Origin: a virus
Length of the DNA: 64,000 bases
IMG/VR virus record: IMGVR_UViG_3300044970_000539
Coordinates: 41,136 to 105,135 of that record
Direction: 5' to 3' (one strand)
The translations under genes were made by a program, and so were the position numbers. The notes beneath the pieces are model-generated. The model was not told where the DNA came from and ran no database searches. It saw only the letters and a list, made by a program, of their open reading frames with translations. Positions within the stretch are counted from its first letter, which is position 1. Each line of letters starts with the position of its first letter. This document shows, one piece after another, positions 46,654 through 58,800 of this stretch.

Positions 46654-47066
46654 TGGCAACTTTAAGAGGTCAAGGCGCATCTACATACGACATTGGTGAA
46701 AAGCCACCATTTGTTAACTGGACTATCGTAAAAGGCGATACAGCATCATTTAAGATCTACCTAACAGATGATACAAAGCAGCCTTTAACTATTTCTGATT
46801 GGACAATAGAGGCAGAGTTTAAGAGACCAACCACAATAGTTGATCCTCAAATAATTACGGACACTGCAACATTAATTTTTACAATTAATCCAGCACAAGA
46901 CCAAGATGATGAAGACGGAGAGTTTAAGGTTAATCTAACTGCAGCACAAACTGCACAGTTAAGAACAGATGACATATTTGACATTGAACTACGTCTTCCA
47001 CAAAATACCCTTGTATGGACAGTTGCTCAAGGCAAGATTACCCTGATTGAGGATGTTACAAACTAA
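46653..47066 (+). CDS. Virion structural protein (BppU-like)
   Basis: WTIVKGDTA...FDIEL...VWTVAQG.I...EDVT. Confidence 0.7.
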   Translation: MATLRGQGASTYDIGEKPPFVNWTIVKGDTASFKIYLTDDTKQPLTISDWTIEAEFKRPTTIVDPQIITDTATLIFTINPAQDQDDEDGEFKVNLTAAQTAQLRTDDIFDIELRLPQNTLVWTVAQGKITLIEDVTN

Positions 47067-47287
47067 TGGCAACGGTTACTATAAATAGTAACAATCCCGT
47101 TGCTACAAAAATTATTGAAAGAGTTTCTTTTCCAAAAGCAGAGATTGTTGATTTAAATCGTGGTATAAGTATAAACTCAGTATTGCCATTTAGAATAAGA
47201 TTCACGGCAATACAGATACCCAACAGTATTGGAAATGTACCAGCAATTCCTTTGCAGGTCATTGGTTTCTCTAACTATATACTTTAA
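47066..47287 (+). CDS. Hypothetical protein
   Basis: TAATG overlap. Confidence 0.65.
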   Translation: MATVTINSNNPVATKIIERVSFPKAEIVDLNRGISINSVLPFRIRFTAIQIPNSIGNVPAIPLQVIGFSNYIL

Positions 47288-47308
47288 AATATATGATATA
47301 ATTCAGAC

Positions 47309-47749
47309 ATGGCGAAAATATCATTAGCAAACGTAAAGGCCCTGTTTCAGACAGGTGATAGACCAACCGAAGCAAACTATGTTGACTTAATTGACACCTC
47401 TGCAGCCCAGGCAACAGATCTGGGTACTGCTGGTAACAACGAAGTAACAATCACTGGTATTGAGAACAGCACAATCTTTGATAATTTTACTGCCTCAGAA
47501 TGGAGATCCGTTAAGTACGTGGTCACATTAAAGAAGAGCACTGGAGACAAGTTCTTCACAACAGAGTTAACCATAGTCCCTGATGGTACAAATGATAACG
47601 TCAGTGAATATGGAACAGTAGACAATGATGGGAATATTGGCACCATTAGCGTCTCTAGGGCAGGAGGCACAGTTAACCTAACTGTAGTTCCCGTGGTGGG
47701 TCAGACCCCGATTACCTTACGCTACATGCGTACTGGTTTGAAGGCTTAA
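47309..47749 (+). CDS. Virion structural protein
   Basis: FQTGDRPT..NYVDLID; C-terminal domain similar to that of 47765. Confidence 0.7.
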   Translation: MAKISLANVKALFQTGDRPTEANYVDLIDTSAAQATDLGTAGNNEVTITGIENSTIFDNFTASEWRSVKYVVTLKKSTGDKFFTTELTIVPDGTNDNVSEYGTVDNDGNIGTISVSRAGGTVNLTVVPVVGQTPITLRYMRTGLKA

Positions 47750-47764
47750 CCAAGGAGATAATAA

Positions 47765-49888
47765 ATGGCAACAATAACAAAAGACTTTAGAGTAAAGGCT
47801 GGATTAGTAGTTGAGGGAGCAACCGCAACCGTTGAAGGCCACGATATTCTTACAAAGAAGATTGCAGATGCAAAAGGTGATTTGCTAGTTGGTACTGCAG
47901 ATAATGCAATATCTAAATTAAGCGTTGGAACAAACGGACACGTCCTTACAGCAGATTCTGCTGAAGCAAGCGGAGTCAAGTGGGCAGCCCCTGCAGCAGT
48001 TGGAGTATTTGATACATCAATTACTTTTGAAGGTGCAACAGCAGATGATTATGAGACAACTCTTACAGTAGTAGATCCAACAGCAGACCGCACAATTACA
48101 CTTCCTAACGTATCAGGTACTGTAGTTACATCTGGTGATACTGGTACAGTTACAGCAACAATGCTTGCTTCAGATTCAGTAACTACAGTAAAGATTGCAG
48201 ATGCAAACGTGACTGCAGCAAAACTTGCTACAGACTCTGTAGAAACAGCAAAGATTAAAGATGCTAACGTAACTGCTGCTAAACTTGCTGCAGATTCTGT
48301 AGAAACAGCAAAGATTGTTGACTCAAATGTTACAGCAGCAAAGTTGGCTGCAGACTCAGTTACAACTTCAAAAATTCTTGATGCAAATGTTACAGATGCA
48401 AAACTTGCTTCAAACTCAGTTACAAACGCTAAAATTGCAGATTCAGCAGTAAATACAGCCGAAATTGCAGACAATGCAGTTACAGCAGCAAAACTTGGTA
48501 CAGATGCAGTTGAAACATTAAAGATTAAAGATGCAAACGTAACTGCTGCTAAACTTGCTTCAGACTCTGTAGAAACAGTAAAGATTCTAAATGGAGCAGT
48601 AACAGAAGCAAAGATTGCAGACGGAGCAGTAACTTCAGCAAAGATTCTAGATGGAACCATTGTTAATGGGGACATTAATGCAGCAGCAGCAATTGATCAA
48701 TCAAAGATTTCAGGATTGACAACAGACCTTTCTAATAAACTAGCACTTGCTGGTGGAACAATGACTGGCGCAATTGCAATGGGTACAAACAAGATCACAG
48801 GTCTTGGAACACCAACTGATGGAACAGATGCAGCAACAAAGTCTTATGTAGACACAACAGTTCAAGGAATTGACTGGAAAGCGTCTGTAAAGGCAGCAAC
48901 AACTGCAAACCTAACACTAGCATCTGATCTTGAAAATGGAGACACACTTGACGGTGTAACTCTTGCTACTGGAGATCGTGTTCTTGTTAAGGATCAGTCA
49001 ACTGGTTCACAAAATGGTATCTATGTAGTTAAGGAATCTGGTGCTCCAGATCGTTCTACAGATGCAGATGAGGGTGCAGAAGTAACTGCAAACTTTGCGG
49101 TATTCGTAGAGCAAGGAACAGTAAACGCTGACTCAGGATTTACATTAACAAATAACGGTTCAGTTACAATTGGAACTACAGCACTTGCTTTCACACAGTT
49201 TACTGGCCTTGGACAAATTATTGCTGGTACAGGATTAGACAAGACTGGAAACACTCTTGATATTGATTCAACTGTAACAACAAACGATGGAGTTCAAACC
49301 CTTACTAACAAAACTATCAATGGTTCAAGTAATACTATTACAAATGTTTCTTTAACTACTGGAGTTACAGGAACACTTCCTGTTGCTAACGGAGGTACTG
49401 GAATAACATCACTTGGAACAGGTATTGCAACATTCCTTGAAACTCCATCTTCTGCAAATCTTGCAGCAGCATTAACCGATGAAGCAGGAACTGGAACAGT
49501 AGCATTTACTGATAGTCCAACCTTTACTACACCAACACTTGGTGCAGCAGCAGCGACAAGCATTGCTTTTGCAGATGCTCTTGTTGGTTCTGCTCTAGCA
49601 ACTGCTGGAACATCAGCAACTACAATTGATACATGGTCAGCAACAACATACTCTGCTGCTAAGTACATTGTTCAAATGAAAAAGGGCAATGACATTGAAG
49701 TAATTGAAGTTCTTGTTGCAGTCAACGGAAGCAATGATGTTTACTTAACAGAGTACGCAAATGTACAAAGTAATACAGAACTTGGAACAACAAATGCTGT
49801 CTACTCAGGTGGTAATGTTCTTCTACAGGTAACTGGAGCAGCAGCAGATACTGTTGTTAAGGTTCACAAGACTTATATCGAAGCATAA
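47765..49888 (+). CDS. Long tail fibre protein with 10-aa repeats
   Basis: ~17 repeats V[TE][TA]AK[IL]A[DA]DS; DAATKSYVD; GDRVLVKDQ...QNGIYV. Confidence 0.85.
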   Translation: MATITKDFRVKAGLVVEGATATVEGHDILTKKIADAKGDLLVGTADNAISKLSVGTNGHVLTADSAEASGVKWAAPAAVGVFDTSITFEGATADDYETTLTVVDPTADRTITLPNVSGTVVTSGDTGTVTATMLASDSVTTVKIADANVTAAKLATDSVETAKIKDANVTAAKLAADSVETAKIVDSNVTAAKLAADSVTTSKILDANVTDAKLASNSVTNAKIADSAVNTAEIADNAVTAAKLGTDAVETLKIKDANVTAAKLASDSVETVKILNGAVTEAKIADGAVTSAKILDGTIVNGDINAAAAIDQSKISGLTTDLSNKLALAGGTMTGAIAMGTNKITGLGTPTDGTDAATKSYVDTTVQGIDWKASVKAATTANLTLASDLENGDTLDGVTLATGDRVLVKDQSTGSQNGIYVVKESGAPDRSTDADEGAEVTANFAVFVEQGTVNADSGFTLTNNGSVTIGTTALAFTQFTGLGQIIAGTGLDKTGNTLDIDSTVTTNDGVQTLTNKTINGSSNTITNVSLTTGVTGTLPVANGGTGITSLGTGIATFLETPSSANLAAALTDEAGTGTVAFTDSPTFTTPTLGAAAATSIAFADALVGSALATAGTSATTIDTWSATTYSAAKYIVQMKKGNDIEVIEVLVAVNGSNDVYLTEYANVQSNTELGTTNAVYSGGNVLLQVTGAAADTVVKVHKTYIEA

Positions 49889-49908
49889 TTTAGGGACGGG
49901 AGTCAACT

Positions 49909-50367
49909 ATGGCAACAGTAAATAAAGACTTTAAGGTAAAACATGGGCTTAATGTAGCCGAAGGTGGTACTTTTGGTCAAGCAGTCGTAGTTGGCACCCC
50001 AACCGAAAATACACATGCCGCTACTAAGGCATATGTAGACGGTAGAGAACTTCTTGTAGCGCAAGGCTCTACACCACCAAGCGATCAAAATTCATCAAAT
50101 GGTGAACTTTTTATTGATACTGCTGAAAATAGACTTTTGTTTTATTACAATGGTCAGTGGAACACTCTTGCACTATTAAATGACACAATTGAAATAGCGC
50201 AACACATCCACGATACATCAATTGGTGGAACTGGTTTGATTGTTTCAACATTTAAAGATGCAGGATTCTATAACGAGGCTGGCGCAGAAGAAGATGCTGG
50301 TTTTTATAATACTAACAGTTGGTCTGCCACATATGATGGTGGAATTGCAACAGAAGTATATAATTAA
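49909..50367 (+). CDS. Tail fibre-related protein
   Basis: MAT..KDFKVK.GL, HAATKAYVD. Confidence 0.7.
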   Translation: MATVNKDFKVKHGLNVAEGGTFGQAVVVGTPTENTHAATKAYVDGRELLVAQGSTPPSDQNSSNGELFIDTAENRLLFYYNGQWNTLALLNDTIEIAQHIHDTSIGGTGLIVSTFKDAGFYNEAGAEEDAGFYNTNSWSATYDGGIATEVYN

Positions 50368-50409
50368 AAACTGATATAATATGATCATACACCAATGGAG
50401 GAGTAAATA

Positions 50410-51861
50410 ATGGCAACAAGAATGCAACAGCGTAGAGGTACCGCATCACAGTGGACATCTTCTAACGATGGCGATGGTCCAATCCTAAATGCTGGAGAAA
50501 TCGGCTGGGAATCAGACACAAATAAATTTAAGATTGGCGATGGAGTAACTTATTGGGTTGACCTTAAGTATTTCGTAGACGCAGAAGATGTTATTGCAGC
50601 ATCTCTTGGATCATACCTCCAGGATTCAGACGTTGGAGCAATCTCTGGTGTAGCAGGACTTGATGCAAGCAAGAATCTAGTGGTTCCTGGAACATCTATC
50701 CACATAGAGGGCGCAACAGATAATGCAAACGAAACAACTTTAACTGTAGTAGACCCAACTGCTGACAGAACAATCACTTTCCCTGACGCAACAGGAACTG
50801 TTCAACTTAGAGTTACAGATGTTGATGATACAGAAATTGGATACCTAAATGGTGTTACTTCTGCAATCCAGACACAGATGGATGCAAAGGCTCCACTAGC
50901 AGGCCCAGCACTTACTGGAGATGCAACAGCAGTTAACTTGACAATTTCTGGCAACCTAACAGTTAATGGAACGACAACAAATATTAACTCAACCAACCTT
51001 GTAGTAGAAGATAAGAATATCGTTCTTGGAGATACAGCATCACCTACTGACACAACAGCAGATGGTGGCGGTATCACAATCAAGGGTGCAACAGATAAGA
51101 CTTTTAACTGGGTAGACGCTACAGATGCATTTACGTCTTCTGAGCATATCAACCTTGCTTCAGGTAAGTCTTATTATGTAAACGGAACACTTCTAAAGGA
51201 TGTTTCAGAGACTCTTACCAACAAAACTCTTACTAGCCCAACTTTGACAACACCAGCACTTGGTACTCCAGCATCTGGAACTCTTACAAATGCAACTGGG
51301 TTGCCAGTAGACACAGGTATATCAGGTCTTGGTACAGGAGTAGCAACATTCCTTGCAACTCCATCATCTTCAAACCTTGCCTCAGCAGTTACAGATGAAA
51401 CAGGTTCAGGAGCACTTGTATTTGGAACATCTCCAAGCATTGCCTCACCAACTGTTACAGGTACTACAAAGATTGCACAAATTCTTGAAACTACAACGGT
51501 ATCAGCAACTGCAGCAACAGGTACAATTAACTATAACGTACTAACAAACGGAGCAGTAACATACTACACATCAAATTCAAGCGGTAACTGGACATTAAAC
51601 CTACGTGGAGATGGTTCTACAACGCTTAACTCAATCATGGCAACTGGACAGTCTCTAACTATAGCATTTTTAGTTACAAACTCTACAGCCTACTATCAGA
51701 GTGGATTCCAGATTGACGGATCATCAGTTACTCCAAAGTGGCAAGGTGGAACAGCCCCTTCTGCAGGAAATGCTTCATCAATTGATATTTATACAATAAC
51801 TGTAATTAAAACAGGAGATGCAGCATTTACTGCATTTGCTGCTCAAACAAAGTTTGCATAA
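50410..51861 (+). CDS. Tail fibre protein (Mtd/hyaluronidase-type N-terminus)
   Basis: [11 protein letters not shown]...[17 protein letters not shown]; PKWQGGTAP. Confidence 0.85.
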   Translation: MATRMQQRRGTASQWTSSNDGDGPILNAGEIGWESDTNKFKIGDGVTYWVDLKYFVDAEDVIAASLGSYLQDSDVGAISGVAGLDASKNLVVPGTSIHIEGATDNANETTLTVVDPTADRTITFPDATGTVQLRVTDVDDTEIGYLNGVTSAIQTQMDAKAPLAGPALTGDATAVNLTISGNLTVNGTTTNINSTNLVVEDKNIVLGDTASPTDTTADGGGITIKGATDKTFNWVDATDAFTSSEHINLASGKSYYVNGTLLKDVSETLTNKTLTSPTLTTPALGTPASGTLTNATGLPVDTGISGLGTGVATFLATPSSSNLASAVTDETGSGALVFGTSPSIASPTVTGTTKIAQILETTTVSATAATGTINYNVLTNGAVTYYTSNSSGNWTLNLRGDGSTTLNSIMATGQSLTIAFLVTNSTAYYQSGFQIDGSSVTPKWQGGTAPSAGNASSIDIYTITVIKTGDAAFTAFAAQTKFA

Positions 51862-51912
51862 ATAGTATATAATGAAGTAGTAGTAAAACATTATATAGAA
51901 TAGAGGAGAAGC

Positions 51913-52128
51913 ATGACCACAGAACCAGAGACTATAGAGATGCCACCAATCAAGGTAGCATTTGTTATAGACAATACAATTGTTGATATCTTGCATACAG
52001 ATCGTCGCCTGGCTGATATATTTTTAAGTAATGGCGTTGTAGTAGATATAACCTCAAATACCGAAAGCATTCAGTTTGGCTGGATCTATAACCCAGAAAC
52101 TGGACAGTTTTCAGAACCAGCATTATAA
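51913..52128 (+). CDS. Small partner protein
   Basis: KVAFVIDNTIVDILHTDRRLA. Confidence 0.7.
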   Translation: MTTEPETIEMPPIKVAFVIDNTIVDILHTDRRLADIFLSNGVVVDITSNTESIQFGWIYNPETGQFSEPAL

Positions 52129-52183
52129 GTAAATACTTATATCATTTCATGCTATAATGAAAACAACATAAGGAGATTTATAA

Positions 52184-53107
52184 ATGCCATTGCTAGGTGC
52201 TCGTGGAGGCGGATCTGTAAGAGGGTTTGGTCGTTTCGGCAAGAACTTGCTTTTAGCATTAATTGACTCATTTAACAGAACAACATCTGGAAATCTTGGA
52301 ACATCAAGTGATGGTAAGGGTCTTTGGAAAAACGTTGTAGGAACTTGGCAAGCAAATGGAAGTTCTAGTGTTTCTAACGCTCTAGCATCAGGAAATAACG
52401 TTGCTGTTGTTGATTTAGATGGAACAAACATCACCAATCTTCAGGTAGATACTGGCTCAAATGGTGGTTCTGGGCTATCCTTTTGGGTAACAGATGCTAA
52501 TAACTACTATGCTTTCTATCCATCATACACATCCTCTTCAGCAACAAACACAACATGTTCATTACAACAAACAAGACAGGGTGTTGGTTGTGCAGGCTTA
52601 GGGTTTTGTGGTGGATGTAGTAGCCCATTTACTATTACTTATTATGAGTGTATTGAAAATCGAAACTCACCTAATGATCCAGTTGTCGGCTATCAGGTGT
52701 GCTGCAGCCCTAACAACTGTGCACCTAGAGGGTATTCTTCAGGTGCCTCTGAGACTCTATATTATGTTACAGGAAATATAAATCAAACTATAACAACTAC
52801 CACTTATAATTCTATAGCCAATTTAAGAAAAGTTGAAAGTGGATCTGCTACCGATTTAGTTACCAATACATACAATACAAACAATTCTGGATTTTCAAAA
52901 GCCCAATCTATTGCAATCAGCACTTCAGGAAGTACAATTTCTTATACTCTTTACAGTGCTGCAAATAAGGGTGGATCTACTATAGGCAGTGGTTCAAATA
53001 CTCCATCTAGCCCAGTAAAGGGCCAAGGGGTTGGACTATTCCACGGTACATCAATTGTTGATCAAGGTTCAACATTATCAAACTTTAGTGTTACAGTTAC
53101 GCCTTAA
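52184..53107 (+). CDS. Variable Cys-rich cassette copy C
   Basis: Paralogue of 42755 and 44110. Confidence 0.75.
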   Translation: MPLLGARGGGSVRGFGRFGKNLLLALIDSFNRTTSGNLGTSSDGKGLWKNVVGTWQANGSSSVSNALASGNNVAVVDLDGTNITNLQVDTGSNGGSGLSFWVTDANNYYAFYPSYTSSSATNTTCSLQQTRQGVGCAGLGFCGGCSSPFTITYYECIENRNSPNDPVVGYQVCCSPNNCAPRGYSSGASETLYYVTGNINQTITTTTYNSIANLRKVESGSATDLVTNTYNTNNSGFSKAQSIAISTSGSTISYTLYSAANKGGSTIGSGSNTPSSPVKGQGVGLFHGTSIVDQGSTLSNFSVTVTP

Positions 53108-53118
53108 AGGGGGAAAGA

Positions 53119-53361
53119 GTGTCAGAAACAAAAAAAGCAAGACCTTGGGATATTTTTAATAAAAATATAAAAAAAGTAGAAGATGTTGTATCAGAAGAAA
53201 GAATGAAAATTTGCAAGTCCTGTCCAGAACTACTTCCTACAGGAAATTGCAAGAAGTGTGGATGTTTTATGTCTTTAAAAACAAAACTTCCACATGCATT
53301 TTGTCCTTTACATAAGTGGGGGGTTGTGGAAGTAGGATACAAGGAGGAAACTAATGAGTGA
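53119..53361 (+). CDS. Small Cys-rich protein
   Basis: ICKSC...CKKCGCFM.LK......CPLHKW. Confidence 0.75.
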   Translation: MSETKKARPWDIFNKNIKKVEDVVSEERMKICKSCPELLPTGNCKKCGCFMSLKTKLPHAFCPLHKWGVVEVGYKEETNE

Positions 53362-53647
53362 AGATATACAAGAAGAGATGTTAAACTTAGTACCAAAAAA
53401 AATAGCATTTGTTGTTGATAATATGGTAGTAGACGTTTTACATACAGATGAAAGATTGGCTGTTATTTTTTTAAGCCAACCTTTAGTTCTGGACGTGACA
53501 GAAACATATGAAGAATCACAGCCAATGCCTGGGTATGTTTATTACGAAGATACTCAAACATTTTTACCACAATCTCCAGATCCATCCTATGTTTGGAATG
53601 AAGAGTATAAGTCTTGGCTTCCACCAATAGATGTTATTCCTGAATAA
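53354..53647 (+). CDS. Small partner protein
   Basis: KIAFVVDNMVVDVLHTDERLAVIFLSQP. Confidence 0.75.
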   Translation: MSEDIQEEMLNLVPKKIAFVVDNMVVDVLHTDERLAVIFLSQPLVLDVTETYEESQPMPGYVYYEDTQTFLPQSPDPSYVWNEEYKSWLPPIDVIPE

Positions 53648-53675
53648 AAATACATAACTTTATTAAACTTAAAGT

Positions 53676-53706
53676 GCTATACCTTAACATTAGGTATAGC
53701 CTTTTT
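53676..53706 (+). terminator. Intrinsic terminator
   Basis: GCTATACCT-TAACATT-AGGTATAGC followed by a T-tract. Confidence 0.8.
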
Positions 53707-53802
53707 GTTTTACGCTTAAAATAGTTAAATATTTGTGATATACTTAAGACCACTTTGGAAAACTCAAAGCACTCATCTAAATTTGCTTAGAAAGGTAAAT
53801 AA

Positions 53803-55833
53803 ATGTCAGAAGTTTTTTCATTTCGTCTATCAGAAGAATTTGTAAATAAATATAATAATGTTCCAGCGCCATTTGGATTTTCAGATGCTGGATCTAACTC
53901 ATTAGGAGAGATTACATTTATTCGTACATATTCTCGTGTTAAGGAAGACGGTACAAAAGAACGTTGGCATGAAGTTTGTCGTCGTGTAATTGAGGGCATG
54001 TATTCAGTTCAAAAAAACCATGCTAAGGATAATCGTTTACCATGGAATGATAACAAAGCACAAAAGTCTGCACAAGAAGCATTCCAAAGAATGTTTGAAT
54101 TAAAGTGGACACCACCAGGTCGTGGGCTATGGGCATTTGGAACTCCTATGACTATGGAAAAGCGTAACTCAGCATCTCTTCAAAATTGTGCAATGGTTTC
54201 AACAAGAGACATTGATCGTAATGATCCTGGTGCTTTATTTGCTTGGGTAATGGATGCATTAATGCTGGGTATTGGAGTTGGATTTGACACCCTTGGACAA
54301 GACAAGCAAATGTCTATTTATGCTCCTACTGAACCAGCATCTATTTATGAAATCCCAGATACCCGTGAAGGCTGGGTTGAATCAGTTCGTCTTTTGATCA
54401 ACTCTTTTCTTCGTCAAAACCAGTCTATTCAAGAGTTTAACTATGACCTTATCCGTCCTCTAGGGGCACCCATTAAGGGCTTTGGAGGGGTAGCAAGCGG
54501 TCCAGCACCACTTATTGATCTGCATACTCGTATCAAAAATGTAATTGGCTCTAGGGCTGGAGAAATACTAGATAGCCGTGCTATTGTTGATATTGTTAAT
54601 CTTATTGGCACCTGCGTAGTATCAGGAAATGTTCGTCGTTCTGCAACTCTTGCACTTGGAACACCAGAAGATGAAGGCTTTATTAATCTTAAAAATCCAG
54701 AAGTATTTCCAGATCGTAACTCATATGATCCAGAAAAACCAGGATGGGCTTGGATGTCAAACAACTCTATTTCAGCAACTGTTGGAACAAAATATGAAGA
54801 CTATGTAGATTTAATTGCAGATAATGGAGAGCCAGGTTTTATTTGGCTTGATGTTGCTCGTAATTATGGCCGTCTTGCGGATGCTCCTGATTATAAGGAC
54901 ACTCGCATTATGGGCTTCAATCCTTGTGCGGAGCAGCCATTAGAATCATACGAACTTTGTACACTTGTAGAAGTGCACTTAAACCGTCATGAATCTAAGG
55001 AGGACTTCCTCAAGACATTGAAGTTTGCATACCTTTATGGAAAGACTGTAACATTAATGCCAACACATTGGCAACAGACAAATGGAATTATGCAACGTAA
55101 TCGTCGCATTGGAACATCACTTACAGGTATTGCTTCTTTTGCTGACAACAGTGGACTTCCAGCATTGCGTGAGTGGATGGATGAAGGATATCAAAAGATT
55201 CGTCATTATGACCATAAATATTCTGAGTGGCTATGTGTTCGTGAATCAGTTCGTGTAACTACAGTTAAGCCTTCAGGATCTGTATCACTTCTTTCTGGAG
55301 CAACCCCTGGAGTTCACTGGGGTCCTGGTGGAGAGTTTTATCTTCGTGCTATTCGTTTTGGAAATACAGATCCAATGCTTCATTTATTTAAAGCAGCGGG
55401 GTATAAGATTGAAGACGACCTTGTATCAGCAAATACCTCAGTAGTATATTTCCCAGTAGCATCTGGACATAAACGTGCTGAAAAGCAGGTAAGTTTATTT
55501 GAGAAGATTGGTTTGGCAGCAACTGCTCAAAAATACTGGTCAGATAATGGTGTTTCTGTAACTCTATCATTTGACAAGGAAACAGAAAGGCAGTTTGTGG
55601 CTCCAGCATTAAATATGTATGAGGGTCAATTAAAGGCTGTTTCATTCTTGCCAATGGGCAATAAAACTTATCCACAGCAACCATATAGCGAGATTTCAAG
55701 AGAAGAATATAATGCCTATGTTGGAACAATTGGAAAAATTGATTGGTCTGCAATTTATGACGGTAAAGATAACTTAGATGCTGAGTCTGAGAAATACTGT
55801 TCAACTGATGCTTGCGAGATTAAATTATATTAA
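53803..55833 (+). CDS. nrdJ: Class II (adenosylcobalamin-dependent) ribonucleotide reductase, monomeric RTPR type
   Basis: PPGRGLW, LQNC, GNVRRSA, NPCAEQ.L...ELC, TTVKPSG, C-terminal CxxDxC. Confidence 0.93.
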   Translation: MSEVFSFRLSEEFVNKYNNVPAPFGFSDAGSNSLGEITFIRTYSRVKEDGTKERWHEVCRRVIEGMYSVQKNHAKDNRLPWNDNKAQKSAQEAFQRMFELKWTPPGRGLWAFGTPMTMEKRNSASLQNCAMVSTRDIDRNDPGALFAWVMDALMLGIGVGFDTLGQDKQMSIYAPTEPASIYEIPDTREGWVESVRLLINSFLRQNQSIQEFNYDLIRPLGAPIKGFGGVASGPAPLIDLHTRIKNVIGSRAGEILDSRAIVDIVNLIGTCVVSGNVRRSATLALGTPEDEGFINLKNPEVFPDRNSYDPEKPGWAWMSNNSISATVGTKYEDYVDLIADNGEPGFIWLDVARNYGRLADAPDYKDTRIMGFNPCAEQPLESYELCTLVEVHLNRHESKEDFLKTLKFAYLYGKTVTLMPTHWQQTNGIMQRNRRIGTSLTGIASFADNSGLPALREWMDEGYQKIRHYDHKYSEWLCVRESVRVTTVKPSGSVSLLSGATPGVHWGPGGEFYLRAIRFGNTDPMLHLFKAAGYKIEDDLVSANTSVVYFPVASGHKRAEKQVSLFEKIGLAATAQKYWSDNGVSVTLSFDKETERQFVAPALNMYEGQLKAVSFLPMGNKTYPQQPYSEISREEYNAYVGTIGKIDWSAIYDGKDNLDAESEKYCSTDACEIKLY

Positions 55834-55868
55834 CTCCTATCCTGCTATAATAAGGGTATAGGAGAATA

Positions 55869-58800
55869 ATGTCTAGCCCATCAAATCTATATGCAGAAAA
55901 GGTGTTTAGTGAACACCCAATGGCTCTTTGGGCACTAGACGATAAACTTGATTACGTTAGCCTTATTTCAGAAGCACAAAGAAATATATTGACTTTATGG
56001 GAAGCCACACGCTGTAGTTTTTCTGCTGGGACTGGAATAACTGGAGAACCATTTCCAGATAGTTACACTACAAAGGTTAGTTCTAGCATCCCAGTTGGGG
56101 CTACAAATGAGGCAATCTTAAAGAGTCCAGAGTTAACTAACTTTCAAGATCTAGACTTATCTCTTGGAACATTTTGTGTTGGAACACATTTTTATTCTGC
56201 AAGCGTTTATCTGGAGTCAGTATCTATTGGGTACGAATATACAGATACTACAACCTCTCAGGTAATACAAAAATTAAAAACATTTAATACATCAATATCA
56301 AATCAATGGTTGTTTATATCAGAAACATTTGAGATTCCAAATGAAAGTACAAACTTTAGGGTAGTTCTAAAGGTAGTCACAGCCACTGGTGGAGATAACA
56401 TAAACGACTATGAATTTTACTTTAATGGAATATCTGTAGGGCAATGGTCTGAAGAGTTTAACGTAGTTTCTTTAGGCGTATCTCCAGAAGTATTTCCAGT
56501 AGATATTGAACTAACTACAACTAGCAAAGTAATTCCAGCACCAGCATACGGAATATCTTCTGATACTGGATATTATCTTGTAAATAACAATTCTTTATCT
56601 GCAAAAAATACTGGAGTTCCATTGGTTTTTGGTGCATCAAATGTTACAAAACTGTCTCCAAACATTGGTGGAGATCCTTCCTTTATATTTCCTGGTAAAG
56701 GTTTCTTACATGAAAATGGAAGACATAGTGATTACACATTAGAATTTTGGGCAAGAATAAATTCTGATTCGTATGAGGCTAAAAGAATCTTTGGACCAAT
56801 AGGAAGTGAAGATGGTCTGTATGTAGAGGGTGGATTCTTAACTCTTTTGATCGGTGGCAAGTTTAGTTCTCACTTTGTTGGTGAGTGGTTTAGACCAATG
56901 CTAATTCACATTAGGTTAATTACCGATAATGCCACAGTGCTAATCAATGGAGAACAGGTTATTTCATTAGATTTTGTTACATCAAGCATACCTTTGCCAT
57001 CAATAACTGGAGAAGACTGGCTTGGGTTTTATGCTTATGCTGATGTAAATCCAGTAGAAATTGATTGTGTAGCAATATACTCTTACCAGGTTGCAAACGT
57101 TGTAGCAAAAAGAAGATATGTTTATGGACAGGGTGTTGGTTCATCAGAAAGCATTGACTCTGCATATAGTGGAACTTCTGCCTTTTTAGATTATTCTTTT
57201 GCAGACTATACAGCAAATTATAATTACCCAGATTTTGCACAATGGCAACAGGGAACATTTGATAATCTGTCAACAACTTCAACAGCATTAACAACACCTC
57301 AGTACTCACTGCCAACAATATTTACTGGAACAAAAACACTTCAAGAACTTTATGATGACTCAGATACCTTATATCAAAATCTTGCTAGTGGAGAATTAGG
57401 AACAGATGCTCACTTTATATCCTTGAATCCAGACTCAACTTGGAACAACGATGGTGCATATATTAACTTTGCTAACTTTAATATTTTAAATTCACAGGTT
57501 GCATCTTTGTATGGAGTATTTCAAGTAAATAACCAGGGTAGTGGGACAGACGAAGCAGAAGAGGTATTATTTAAGATATACAATCAAAGTACAGGAAACT
57601 ACTTTTCTATTAATGTAGATGGGTTAGAAATTGTGTACTCATTATATTACTCAGGAGTATCTCAAGAAATATATCGTACAGATGAGTTTGAAGTTGAAGA
57701 ACTTTTTGCAGCAGGAATTAATATCCAGACACTTGTAAATACCTTTGGTGGCAACGTTGCAACATTCTTTGGCAATCAAAACTCTCTAAGCCTTTATGTA
57801 GGTGGAGACAACTCTGGATCTAAAACATTTAAGGGATATATATTTTCTATAGGATTTTCAACAAGCCTAAATGCAAACTCTATCTCTAGTCATTTTGATG
57901 AAAATGGAATTGCGATTATTGACACATATACGGGTAGCGGAATTGAGTCATCAGAAAACGCAATAGCCCTACTAGCACATACAGCAAGTTATACGCTTTT
58001 ACCAACATACTCTTATGGAAGTCTATTCCTAGACATCGGTGTTTCTGGATACTGGGAAGACTATATGCCACTATCTTATTTTGCACAATATGTTCAAAAT
58101 GATGTTGGAAACTCATTCTATGATTTAGACTTCTTACAGTTTAATCTAGGATATCCATCACCCTCAAGTTTGCTTCAATCAGAAACTACTGGATCTTGGA
58201 CATATGAAGAATTGTCTAATTCTTATTCATTGCCAACACAAAGAACCTATCAGCAGTTAGACAACTCCTTGCTTACTGGTTGGAATAACTACCAAGATCT
58301 TAAAGAAAAGGCTTTAAAGTATTACGAATATAATACAGAAAATGCAGCAATTAGAAGTTATGTTACTTTTCAGTATGTTGCAGACGGCGCAAATCTTTCA
58401 CAAGACAATTTTACAACAACCCTATCTGCAAAAGAAAATTCCATAGTAGATGTATCTGAATACTCTTCTTGGGCAACTACAAAGTTTGAGGTTGTTGATA
58501 ATACTATAATATATCCAAGAAAAGATATTGACTTTAATGAAATTGCAATCGTCTATCATCTTGAGTTTAATGTTCGTGGAATATTAACAAAGCCTATACT
58601 TCTAAGAAAACTTGAAATTGCATCACAAGCATTTAACGACAACTCCTTTAATCCAGTAGGAACACGATTTGGAACAGATCTATTTCCTTACAAGCGCTCT
58701 GGACTATACTACGACTATAAGTCAAAAAATCCTTTTAGTATTTATAAGGGAAGCACTCCATACTTATACATGAATAGAACTTCTGGAATACAAGTTCGTG

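Noticed and set aside
48049-51440. Long antisense ORFs in fibre genes (48049, 49294, 50802, 51174; also 40638 and 62327)
   Set aside because: Shadows of Ala/Thr-rich repetitive plus-strand genes
42755-53107. Diversity-generating retroelement
   Set aside because: No reverse transcriptase, and no TR/VR pair differing only at adenines, seen in this window
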